This document shows, piece by piece, positions 20,765-29,364 of a stretch of DNA of 64,000 bases. The notes under the pieces were generated by a model. The model worked only from the letters and a program-made list of their open reading frames with translations, was not told the DNA's origin and made no database searches. Origin of the DNA: a virus (Duplodnaviria; Caudoviricetes); IMG/VR virus record IMGVR_UViG_3300044957_001482, positions 1 to 64,000 of that record. One strand, written 5' to 3'. Position 1 is the first letter of the stretch. The number at the start of each line of letters is the position of its first letter. Made by a program: the position numbers and the translations under genes.

Positions 20765-22170
20765 TGGTATCTCAATTTTTCTACGACGAACAAATACGCA
20801 GATTTCTCCTTCAGTTCACTCGCATTGTCAGCAACTTTCAGGTCGAATATGGCAGAGATGAAGATGGCAATGCTGCTGCGTTGATACGTGTGCCTGTGCG
20901 CTACGGGGATGCCAGCCGCCAGGCCCAGACCATACTGCAGGAAAACAGCAAAAATTCCATGCCTGCTACGCCTATGATGACCTTTTACATCGCAGCACTG
21001 AACTATGATCGGCCGCGCATGCAAGAACCCTATCATGTAAGCAAGGTATCGGTAAGACAGCGGACCTACGATACCTCCACTGAAACCTACGAAACCACAC
21101 AAGGCAATGCATTTACCATAGAACGACTGATGCCGGTTCCGTATCAATTAACTATCAATCTTGACATCTGGACCTCCAACACCAATCAGAAACTACAACT
21201 GTTGGAACAGATGTTGACACTGTTCAATCCCAGTCTCGAAATCCAGAGCACAGACAACTTTATCGACTGGACCAGTCTTACTGTGCTGGAACTGGAATCG
21301 GTTAACTGGTCCAGTCGTGTGATTCCCGTAGGCACTGAAAATCCCATCGACATCGCAACCGTGAAATTCAACCTGCCGATCTGGTTGTCACCCCCGGCCA
21401 AGGTAAAAAAACTGGGCGTGGTAGAACGCATAATCATAAGCATGCATGATGCCCAGGGCGATCTAGCCGAGGCCGTGATCAACAATGATCTATTGTTGGG
21501 TACCAGAGTGGTTGTGACTCCGTTTAACTATGCGCTGGTAGTGCTTGGCAATCGAATACAATGTCTTGAGCAGCAGGATCTCAGCCGAGAGCCCGACAAC
21601 GACGCGTTGGTCGATCCTGAGCCACTGCTAACTTCAACCCTACAATGGCCTGCTGTGATCAACATGTATGGAACTCTGCGTCCAGGAATCAGCCAGATTC
21701 GACTGGAACAGCCCGATGGCACCGACGTGATTGGTACCATTGTGGTTGATCCCAACGATGATATCTTTGTGATCTACGACGTAGACATCGATACTATTCC
21801 GCAAAACACCTTGCCCCCAGTTGATGCTGTGGTTGATCCATTAATCAGCGGACCCGGCGACAGGCTGCCTCCCACACAACCTGGGCAAAGATATCTGCTT
21901 ACCGAAGCCACTGGAAATTTTGACAACCAAAGCAATCCCACAGCCTGGATCGGGCACAACGGACGGTCTTTGATCGCCGAAGCCAATGATATCATCGAGT
22001 ACGATGACGATTACGGTTACTGGCGTGTGCTGTTTCATGCTGCGCAGGAAACTGCCATACAATATATTACCAACATTACCAGTGGTATCCAGTATCGATG
22101 GACCGGGGAGATGTGGGTCAAAAGTTATCAAGGAACATATGTGGGGGGCAAATGGAGACTGGTGTTGTAA
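20764..22170 (+). CDS. Tail terminator/sheath stabiliser (gp15-like)
   Basis: FFYDEQIRRFLLQF, VPVRYG, PVPYQL, QLLEQMLTLFNP motifs. Confidence 0.8.
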   Translation: MVSQFFYDEQIRRFLLQFTRIVSNFQVEYGRDEDGNAAALIRVPVRYGDASRQAQTILQENSKNSMPATPMMTFYIAALNYDRPRMQEPYHVSKVSVRQRTYDTSTETYETTQGNAFTIERLMPVPYQLTINLDIWTSNTNQKLQLLEQMLTLFNPSLEIQSTDNFIDWTSLTVLELESVNWSSRVIPVGTENPIDIATVKFNLPIWLSPPAKVKKLGVVERIIISMHDAQGDLAEAVINNDLLLGTRVVVTPFNYALVVLGNRIQCLEQQDLSREPDNDALVDPEPLLTSTLQWPAVINMYGTLRPGISQIRLEQPDGTDVIGTIVVDPNDDIFVIYDVDIDTIPQNTLPPVDAVVDPLISGPGDRLPPTQPGQRYLLTEATGNFDNQSNPTAWIGHNGRSLIAEANDIIEYDDDYGYWRVLFHAAQETAIQYITNITSGIQYRWTGEMWVKSYQGTYVGGKWRLVL

Positions 22171-22571
22171 AGGCAGTGGGTGTATGGTTCAGGAGTGCTG
22201 CCACTGAGCGGTATCTCTACTTGCTAAGAAATGATTGTAAAAATCCCGGAACTTGGGGATTGCCCGGTGGAAAAATTGAGCCTGGGGAAACCCTGCTACA
22301 AGGCATGCAAAGAGAATGCAGCGAAGAATTGGGGCATTTTCCGACCTATCGTCGGTTGGTTCCATTGGAAAAGTTCACCACAGCCGACGGTAGATTTGAA
22401 TACAACACCTGGATCTGTGTGATCAAGGACGAGTTCCAACCGCGACTGAACACCGAGCACCTGGGATATGCCTGGATCGACCCAGGTCAATGGCCTCGGC
22501 CCATGCACCCTGGACTATGGAATACCGTGAACATAGAGTCTGTATTACAAAAACTCGACTCGGTGACCTAG
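22152..22571 (+). CDS. NUDIX hydrolase
   Basis: Nudix box GGKIEPGETLLQGMQRECSEELG. Confidence 0.9.
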   Translation: METGVVKAVGVWFRSAATERYLYLLRNDCKNPGTWGLPGGKIEPGETLLQGMQRECSEELGHFPTYRRLVPLEKFTTADGRFEYNTWICVIKDEFQPRLNTEHLGYAWIDPGQWPRPMHPGLWNTVNIESVLQKLDSVT

Positions 22572-22593
22572 GCAGTACTGTCCAGGTCTGACA

Positions 22594-25185
22594 TCACAGG
22601 CGGCCCACTATTATTTCGATAGTGCCGTGGATTCCATCGAAATCCTCGAGACTTTTGCCAATCACGGTACCAATCGCAGGTGCGGTGCAGGACTGTGCGC
22701 GGCCGTTACCAGCTGCTACCATCATGTCTCCTTTGCGTACTGGGCCAATCACATTGGTAGGAACGCGACCGGCCAATGCCAATGCTACTGGATATTGTGC
22801 CTGGATAGTTGTGTTCATGATATAGGCCGGATTGGCCGACACTACTCCGGCCACTCGTTGATCGTTGGCATGATTAGATAATGTTACTTCGTGGGTTCCG
22901 CCCATGGACAATACTGTGCCCGTTTCGTAGTGACTGTCTGCTGCATACATTTCGGCCAAGTCCGCGTATTGCGCAGACGTAGCCTTGGCAAACACTGTAT
23001 CGAAATACAACGAAGCACTGCCGATATTGCCTACTCCGTTGCCGTTGGCATTTACGATATTGCCAAGGGTAACTGTGCCAAGCCCGGCCGACAAGTTACC
23101 GCCTGACACATTGCCAGTGGCCGAAATCAGGCCTGCGGTTAGGACATTACCACCAACAATGTTACCGGTGGCCGTGGCCGTGGTTGTATTGATCGCACCG
23201 TTGCCGTCCAGTGTGAGACTGTTGCCTGTAGCATTGCCAATGTTGGGTGTGACTAGGTTGGCTCCAGATTTAACTACTACCACATCGGCCACGATGGCCG
23301 TGGTAGTGTTGTCAATATTAACACTGAATGTGGTGCCAGTCAGTGTCAGCCCATCGCCGGCTTGATAGGCCTTGCTGGCTGAAAATTGTGTGAACACCAG
23401 ATTGTTGTAGCCTATGATCAGTGGACCCACTGGTAAGGTCATCACATAGCTTTCGCCCTCGCCGGTGTCACCTTGTTGTACAAAAAAATAATCACCGGCG
23501 TCCAAGGCGTTGATGTCGTCTGGTGCATATGTATCTGTGTCGGAAGACCTGGTCATGACCCAGGCCACAGTGGCATTGCCCACGTTGCTCACTGTGTATA
23601 CACCATTGTGAGCAGCATTGGCCTGAGTATACACTAATACCCGATCGTTGGCTGCCAGTGTGATACCATCGATTATCAATGCAGCATTGTCCCCGGCATT
23701 GGTCAGGGTGGCACCGACACCTGAATTCACACGCACCGATTGAGTCATCCCCGACGCCGATGTGATATTGCTGACCGGCAAACCATTGTAGGTAGTGGTC
23801 AACACCGCTGCGCTGGTGTTGGGTGCGGACACCACGAAATAAGCGTTGTTGGCTGTGATACCTTGGAAAGAATTGGCAAACCACAACTGGTCGTTGACCT
23901 GCAGGTTGGCCGCGGTGCTGAACACCACGGTGTTGCCGTCTATGGTATCGGTCACCGTGAACACATTTCCCCCCGGTGCATACGTGGCAGTCAGAGCTGT
24001 GGGCGACTCCACACGAACCGGGGTGTGTATGATGATTCCGGTGGACACCGAATCGTCTACATATTGTTTGGTAGCTGCATCACTGCCTTGTATGGGAGAG
24101 TTTACATTGTTGATATAACTGGTGCCTAGATTTACATTGCCTGACAGCGCAAAGGTCACATTTGCTGCTGTCATGGTAAGGTTGCTGGACACAATGTTGC
24201 TGGAAATCAGGTTGCCACCAGTGACGTTACCGGTCACAGAAACTGCGGTTCCGGTATACGTGGTGGCATTGACCGTGTCCCCGACCAACACATTGCCTGC
24301 GGTGACATTGCCGGTTGCTGATATCTGATCAGCGGTATTGACGTTGCCAGCCACGACGTTGCCTGTGACTGTGGCCGTACCTGCCACAGTCAGAGTATTA
24401 CCGGCCGAGTCAAAGGTAAATGCACTTGATGCCGCTGCATTGTCCTGATTGTTGAAAATGATCTGTGTGTTGGATCCGGGCACTGTTAAATTTCCAGTGA
24501 TGTTGCCTGAAAAATTACCAACAAAGGTTCCTGCAGTAACGATATTACCAGTGGCAGTGATTGTTCCTGCAGTGATGAAATTGCCGCCAGTGACGTTGCC
24601 CAGTGCTGCTACTGAGTTAGCAAAGATACAACTGTCAATGGCATCCACGATCAAGCTGGAATCGTCAGCAAACACACTGCCAATCAGGTCACCACGGAAC
24701 TGCGTGGCAATTACATTGCCTTGAGAGGACACATTGCCCGATGTCAGCAGGTTGCCGCCAGTGACATCGCCTGTGGCCGAGATCTGATCAGCGGTACGCA
24801 CATTGCCTGCATCGATATTTCCGGTCACGCTGAGAGTGGGTATCACGCCAAGATCCGTGGCTACCACCCCGATCAACTGACTGCCGTTGCCTAGAAAGTA
24901 GTTGCCTGCAATGTTGCCAGACACCGACAGCGTCGATGACGAAAACACCGCTACGTTGCTGGTTCCGTCCACTGACACCGCGACATTGCCGCCCGGAACA
25001 GGTATTTCCACGCTGGAATTACCATAAAAAATACGATCAGCATTGATATTACCAACCAATGTGGCATTGCCCTGCACTGTTAGATCGCCGGTGATCACAG
25101 TGTTGACAGCGTCCACAGTGACTGTGTCCGTGTGATTTAGAGTTTTGATAGTATAATTGCCATTGATGCGCTTGAAAGTGGCCAT
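22594..25185 (-). CDS. Tail fibre with C-terminal autoproteolytic chaperone-like domain
   Basis: GNVTGGN repeats, DAATKQYVD, AQYADLAEMY...VALAGRVP...KGDMM C-terminus. Confidence 0.75.
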   Translation of the reverse strand: MATFKRINGNYTIKTLNHTDTVTVDAVNTVITGDLTVQGNATLVGNINADRIFYGNSSVEIPVPGGNVAVSVDGTSNVAVFSSSTLSVSGNIAGNYFLGNGSQLIGVVATDLGVIPTLSVTGNIDAGNVRTADQISATGDVTGGNLLTSGNVSSQGNVIATQFRGDLIGSVFADDSSLIVDAIDSCIFANSVAALGNVTGGNFITAGTITATGNIVTAGTFVGNFSGNITGNLTVPGSNTQIIFNNQDNAAASSAFTFDSAGNTLTVAGTATVTGNVVAGNVNTADQISATGNVTAGNVLVGDTVNATTYTGTAVSVTGNVTGGNLISSNIVSSNLTMTAANVTFALSGNVNLGTSYINNVNSPIQGSDAATKQYVDDSVSTGIIIHTPVRVESPTALTATYAPGGNVFTVTDTIDGNTVVFSTAANLQVNDQLWFANSFQGITANNAYFVVSAPNTSAAVLTTTYNGLPVSNITSASGMTQSVRVNSGVGATLTNAGDNAALIIDGITLAANDRVLVYTQANAAHNGVYTVSNVGNATVAWVMTRSSDTDTYAPDDINALDAGDYFFVQQGDTGEGESYVMTLPVGPLIIGYNNLVFTQFSASKAYQAGDGLTLTGTTFSVNIDNTTTAIVADVVVVKSGANLVTPNIGNATGNSLTLDGNGAINTTTATATGNIVGGNVLTAGLISATGNVSGGNLSAGLGTVTLGNIVNANGNGVGNIGSASLYFDTVFAKATSAQYADLAEMYAADSHYETGTVLSMGGTHEVTLSNHANDQRVAGVVSANPAYIMNTTIQAQYPVALALAGRVPTNVIGPVRKGDMMVAAGNGRAQSCTAPAIGTVIGKSLEDFDGIHGTIEIIVGRL

Positions 25186-25773
25186 TTATAGATCCTTTAG
25201 ATTATTTATACGGTCTAAAAATTCCGTTATTGGCATGACACAGTGATTGTGATGTGTTTGGAATTCCGCAACAGGAGCAGTGGTATCTCCGGCTACTCTG
25301 ACAAAACTCACTCGCTGAAAGGTTTTCATTATCTGACAGATTTGCCGGACCCAGTTACCAGTAAAGGTGGGACTGGCCGAGCTTTTTTTATAAAATTCTG
25401 TGTCAACATAGACATTGTTGAATTTGCCCAAGGCATCTGGACCAAGGTCAAATCCCAGGAGATACAGCACACAATGGCCGTCCAGTGCGGCCTGTGCCAT
25501 TGCGATTGGCCCTGAACTGAATCCATAGTATTCTTGAGGTACCGGCAAAGCCCCCCATTGAGCCATGGGCTTGCGGGTATACATGCGATTTTTAAGCGCA
25601 TATCCTTCCTGCTGTATGCGCTCACTGATAGGTCGATCTGTGCTGATCAATGTGTCAGGAACAAATTCCCTATAGAGAGCATTGCATCCATAGATAGGCC
25701 CGCGAAGTTTTAATTCGTGGAGATTCACTGCTAGACGACTGCGTCCATTACCTAACACAAATGCTGCGGGCAT
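25186..25773 (-). CDS. DUF115/MAF-like nucleotide-sugar-related protein
   Basis: FVLGNGRSR, YGCNALYR, SSGPIA, YLLGFDL motifs. Confidence 0.55.
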   Translation of the reverse strand: MPAAFVLGNGRSRLAVNLHELKLRGPIYGCNALYREFVPDTLISTDRPISERIQQEGYALKNRMYTRKPMAQWGALPVPQEYYGFSSGPIAMAQAALDGHCVLYLLGFDLGPDALGKFNNVYVDTEFYKKSSASPTFTGNWVRQICQIMKTFQRVSFVRVAGDTTAPVAEFQTHHNHCVMPITEFLDRINNLKDL

Positions 25774-25805
25774 AAAAAGTCCTTCCAGTATGTATCTGGA
25801 AGGAC
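25774..25805 (-). terminator. Hairpin plus U-tract that also covers the RBS of the downstream gene
   Basis: GUCCUUCCAG-7nt-CUGGAAGGAC followed by UUUUU then AUG. Confidence 0.6.
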
Positions 25806-25822
25806 CGGATATCACAACACTT

Positions 25823-26572
25823 TTATGAGGTGACGTTGTCTACTATGGCCAGTTCCACAGCGGTTTGCGGTGTGCCTGACTTGATCACTGTGCCTTCGTC
25901 GGTGAAGAAGTTGGCCGCATAGCGTTGATTATTGACCACACTGGTAGCAGCATAATCACTGCCGCCGGCCCAGTTCAACAACCACTTGTTGGTTAATTTG
26001 CTGATGGTAGTGGCCGTGGAGTCGCCCAGGGTATAGGTAATGGCCATCAATCCTGCAGCAGGTGTGGTATCGTCATCCAGCACGCAGACTCCCACTAGGT
26101 TACAGGTACCATTGCCGTTGTTGGAACCTTCTGCAGTGGCTGTAAACACTGTGCCCACTGCATAGCCAGCTGGTGCGCCAAACAGTGTCCAGTCAGTGCT
26201 GCCCACTGTGGCAATGATGTAGGAATTTCCAGTCACGATGCCTTCGTCCTGGACGGTAGTGGTTGATCCTACCAGGTACTTGTGGGCACCTTTTTGGCGG
26301 ATGATGTAACCAGTGGCCACACCTTGACCCGATCCTGATGTCAGCTGTATGTTGACAATCACTCTCACTCGAGGAAATGTGGTGCTGGGGGTATCTGTGG
26401 GGTTGGCTCCACCAACCACACCCAGAAACTGTGTGCTGTTGAGGGTGTCAGCGGTGTTGTAGACCGGATTGGTCAGGCTTCCAAAGTTAGGAAAGCCAAG
26501 ATCCACACCGACTGACTCTCCGCTGTTGCCCGAGCCGGTGGAAAGTTTTTGAATTTTGAGAGGACGTCCCAT
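25823..26572 (-). CDS. Virion structural protein (MGRPLK N-terminus)
   Basis: Strong SD AAGGAG; GYIIRQKGAHKYLV motif; Thr/Gly-rich. Confidence 0.6.
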   Translation of the reverse strand: MGRPLKIQKLSTGSGNSGESVGVDLGFPNFGSLTNPVYNTADTLNSTQFLGVVGGANPTDTPSTTFPRVRVIVNIQLTSGSGQGVATGYIIRQKGAHKYLVGSTTTVQDEGIVTGNSYIIATVGSTDWTLFGAPAGYAVGTVFTATAEGSNNGNGTCNLVGVCVLDDDTTPAAGLMAITYTLGDSTATTISKLTNKWLLNWAGGSDYAATSVVNNQRYAANFFTDEGTVIKSGTPQTAVELAIVDNVTS

Positions 26573-26578
26573 TTGTTT

Positions 26579-26662
26579 TCTCCTTTAAAGAAGTCCGATG
26601 TGGGTTCTAGCCACTACGCGGTGGTTTCCGCATAAAACGCCGTTTGCGTTGACAAGTATTTA
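26579..26662 (-). promoter_or_regulatory. TAAATA late promoter plus four-hairpin 5' leader
   Basis: Stems AACGC/GCGUU, UAUGCGG/CCGCGUA, GUGG/CCAC, CUUCU/AGGAG. Confidence 0.5.
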
Positions 26663-26706
26663 CCAATAATCTACAATCAATTATCTAGCGTGAGTAAATA
26701 TCTTCC

Positions 26707-27855
26707 ATGCAAACCCAAGAACTCATTGTAATCGGCAATCAACACAGAGAACAGCGTCAGTACGAGCAGGCACTGACCTGTTATGCACAGGCCTTTGCAC
26801 AGGATCGCAGATCAGCTGCGGCCTTTAACAACTACGGCAACGTGCTGCGAGAAATAGGGGAGCCAGGATCAGCCGTACCTTTTTTACAGCAGGCTCTGAC
26901 GCTGGAACCCAACAATGTCACTGCACAGTTCAATCTGGCTGTCACTCATCTTCTCATGGGCAATCTGCGCCAGGGATGGCCGGCCTACGAGGCCCGATGG
27001 AACTACGAACATCTAGCCGGAACCGAACCCAAGTTTGCACAGCCGCGATGGCGTGGTGAAGACCTCCAGGGCAAGACTGTGCTAATCGTAGGCGAGCAAG
27101 GCCACGGAGACAACATACAGTTTTCTCGTTTTGCCTACAATCTGCATGTCATGGGTGCACGAATAAAATTGCAGGTCACCGCGGGCCTGGTGCCCATGTT
27201 CCAAGGCAGTGCTGTGGTTGCCTGGGCTGGTACCTACACCGATGACCCGGGCGAGTTTGATGTTTGGGTGCCTGTCATGAGCATTCCCGGAATATTGGGT
27301 GTGACCTACGACAATCTGCCGCGGCCAGTCAGTTACATGTCTGCGGACCGTGAGTTGACCCAGAGATGGCAGGAGCGCCTGGGACCAAAAACTCGCATGC
27401 GTGTGGGTTTTTCCTGGTCCGGCCGTAGAGATTCCTGGCTGAACCAGCACAAGGGCATGCCTTTCCGAGTCATGCTAGATCTAATTGAGAAAAATCCTCA
27501 GTATGAGTGGACCAATCTACAGATCGACGCCACCGAAGAGGAAAGTGCTGCTCTGGCTGCAGCCGGTGTGAAACTGTATCCCGGTACCATACGCGGATTC
27601 CACGACACCGCTGCCTTGATCGCTCATCAAGATGTCATACTCAGTGTGGACACTGCGATCGCACACCTCGGTGGTGCGTTGGGTCGTCCCACCTGGGTGA
27701 TGTTGCAAAAGTTTGGAGTGGACTGGCGCTGGCTGTTGGATCGCGATGATTCGCCGTGGTATTCCGCCGCGAGACTGTTTCGGCAATCGGCATTTGATGA
27801 CTGGGCGTCAGTGACCAATCGGGTGCATCAGTACCTGTCGTGGTTCAAGATCTAG
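26707..27855 (+). CDS. TPR-repeat plus glycosyltransferase family 9-like protein
   Basis: N-terminal TPRs; EQGHGDNIQF, DVILSVDTAIAHLGGALGRP, DWRW...SPWY motifs. Confidence 0.85.
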   Translation: MQTQELIVIGNQHREQRQYEQALTCYAQAFAQDRRSAAAFNNYGNVLREIGEPGSAVPFLQQALTLEPNNVTAQFNLAVTHLLMGNLRQGWPAYEARWNYEHLAGTEPKFAQPRWRGEDLQGKTVLIVGEQGHGDNIQFSRFAYNLHVMGARIKLQVTAGLVPMFQGSAVVAWAGTYTDDPGEFDVWVPVMSIPGILGVTYDNLPRPVSYMSADRELTQRWQERLGPKTRMRVGFSWSGRRDSWLNQHKGMPFRVMLDLIEKNPQYEWTNLQIDATEEESAALAAAGVKLYPGTIRGFHDTAALIAHQDVILSVDTAIAHLGGALGRPTWVMLQKFGVDWRWLLDRDDSPWYSAARLFRQSAFDDWASVTNRVHQYLSWFKI

Positions 27856-28302
27856 TTACCGGCACCAGCTCTGTTTGGTTTCGCCGTGGTACTCACGCGC
27901 CAGCCCTTGTTCGATTAGCATGGCACGCAGGCTGCGACCGTCCAACATGATGTCGCCCAGCACGCGTCCACCAAACTTGTCCCAACCATAGAGTACCACT
28001 CGTCGCTCCGTGCTCTGGGCCACGGCCTGTGTGGTAAACTTGGTAGCCAGTTGCCCACGTTGATCTTCGCTTGGGCACTGCGCACGGTGGCCTTTTTCCG
28101 GAGTGTCCACTCCGTAGATGCGAACTGCGAGTTCTGGCTTGAGTGGTGCTGGCAGGAATGGTGCTGAGATAATGATGGTATCGCCGTCAATCACACGCAG
28201 GACCTGTGCGTCATTTGTGGCTGAATTTTTGGGCTGCTTCTGCGCATAGGCTGAGCCCATCATTGCGAATACTGTAAACACTGTTGCTAAGATTGTTTTC
28301 AT
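27856..28302 (-). CDS. Thermonuclease (SNase-like) with signal peptide
   Basis: RVIDGDT, VRIYGVDTPE, DKFGGRVLG, GLA motifs. Confidence 0.88.
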   Translation of the reverse strand: MKTILATVFTVFAMMGSAYAQKQPKNSATNDAQVLRVIDGDTIIISAPFLPAPLKPELAVRIYGVDTPEKGHRAQCPSEDQRGQLATKFTTQAVAQSTERRVVLYGWDKFGGRVLGDIMLDGRSLRAMLIEQGLAREYHGETKQSWCR

Positions 28303-28445
28303 TTTGATTCCGTCTGGTTTGTGGGTTCTTCCCAGCCCAGTTTATATAACAAGTCACTGTTGGTACCGGTATAGGACACTGCCAGGGTCAAGGTGATGTT
28401 GCGCAGATATCAAGGGGTTACTTCAGTAGGTTTGGGTTTGACCAT
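28299..28445 (-). pseudogene. Probable remnant of a phage gene with in-frame TGA
   Basis: MVKPKPTEVTP*YLRNITLTLAVSY...LLYKLGWEE; internal TGA at 28410-28412; ATGA overlap with the SNase gene. Confidence 0.35.
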
Positions 28446-28703
28446 GCGTTATCTCGGTGTTCTACGAAATTATTTATGAATTTTTGCAGACTCGCCCAGC
28501 TGATCGGTCAGGTCAAGCACACAAACACCTGTCCCGATTGCCGGTAGTAAGCCGCGCCAATGCCAATACCGGCCGCGTCGCCCATCTCGTCCGTTCTCGG
28601 CAGTTACCGTGCCTCTATGGATCGCCCCGATGGCAAACTGAGCATCGCCCACCGGACTTACTTGTTTTTCTCACATCGGGAGGCGCCAACCGGCAGGAGC
28701 GGC

Positions 28704-29072
28704 TTACTCGAACGACTTGACCTTGGTCGGAAATGCGCCGTCAGATCGACCCTTGAGGTAAGAGTAGAGCGCATCGATTTTTTCGGCACCGAGCGCGTCG
28801 TGCGGGGGCATGCCCCTTTCCGGCCGGCCTTTGGCGATCGTGGTCATCACCTCGTCCTTGGTCATCTTTTTGAGCGAATCAATCAGGGCTGGACCGACCA
28901 GGCCCTCCTGGTTGGCACCGTGGCAACGCTCGCAGGCCGCCGAGCGCCACGTTTGGAAACCCTTGAAGGTCTTGCTATCGACCAGCCCGTCCTTGACCGT
29001 GTAGGGGGCATCGTCGGCCAGGACCGGAGCGGCAAAGCCCAACAGCAGGGCAGTCAGAACAACGCGCTTCAT
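28704..29072 (-). CDS. Exported monoheme c-type cytochrome
   Basis: Sec signal (MKRVVLTALLLGFAAPVLA), CERCH heme motif, GMP axial Met; SD AAGGAG; GC-rich. Confidence 0.9.
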   Translation of the reverse strand: MKRVVLTALLLGFAAPVLADDAPYTVKDGLVDSKTFKGFQTWRSAACERCHGANQEGLVGPALIDSLKKMTKDEVMTTIAKGRPERGMPPHDALGAEKIDALYSYLKGRSDGAFPTKVKSFE

Positions 29073-29196
29073 CTAAACATCTCCTTCTTGACAATTTGGG
29101 TCGCTGAACAACATCGGAAGTTTAGATTGTGTCGGCACCCTTGTATACAACGCTGTCACTCAGAACCCGTTTAGCGGGCCACTGCCAAATTTACCA

Positions 29197-29334
29197 CTAT
29201 TCTCCGGGTCGAGCATTACCGTTGTAGTTGGCAATGGTTTCCCGCGCATTGTCTTTCATCACAGCGCGGCTGATACCAGTGATGTTGTCGTAGGGTGGTT
29301 TGGTGCCACCAAACCACCTTTCCTTATACTTCAT
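29197..29334 (-). pseudogene. Probable disrupted phage gene remnant
   Basis: 45-aa ORF with PPYDNITGISRAVMKDNARETIANYNGNARPGE; 5' end built from a palindrome and tandem repeat. Confidence 0.3.
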
Positions 29335-29351
29335 CTTTCCTTATACTTCAT
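29294..29351. repeat. 12-bp perfect inverted repeat plus 17-bp tandem direct repeat
   Basis: GGTGGTTTGGTG-C-CACCAAACCACC, then (CTTTCCTTATACTTCAT)x2. Confidence 0.9.
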
Positions 29352-29364
29352 ACAGCAATACCTA

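Noticed and set aside
28560-29174. 204-aa plus-strand ORF
   Set aside because: Antisense shadow of the GC-rich cytochrome gene, with no motifs
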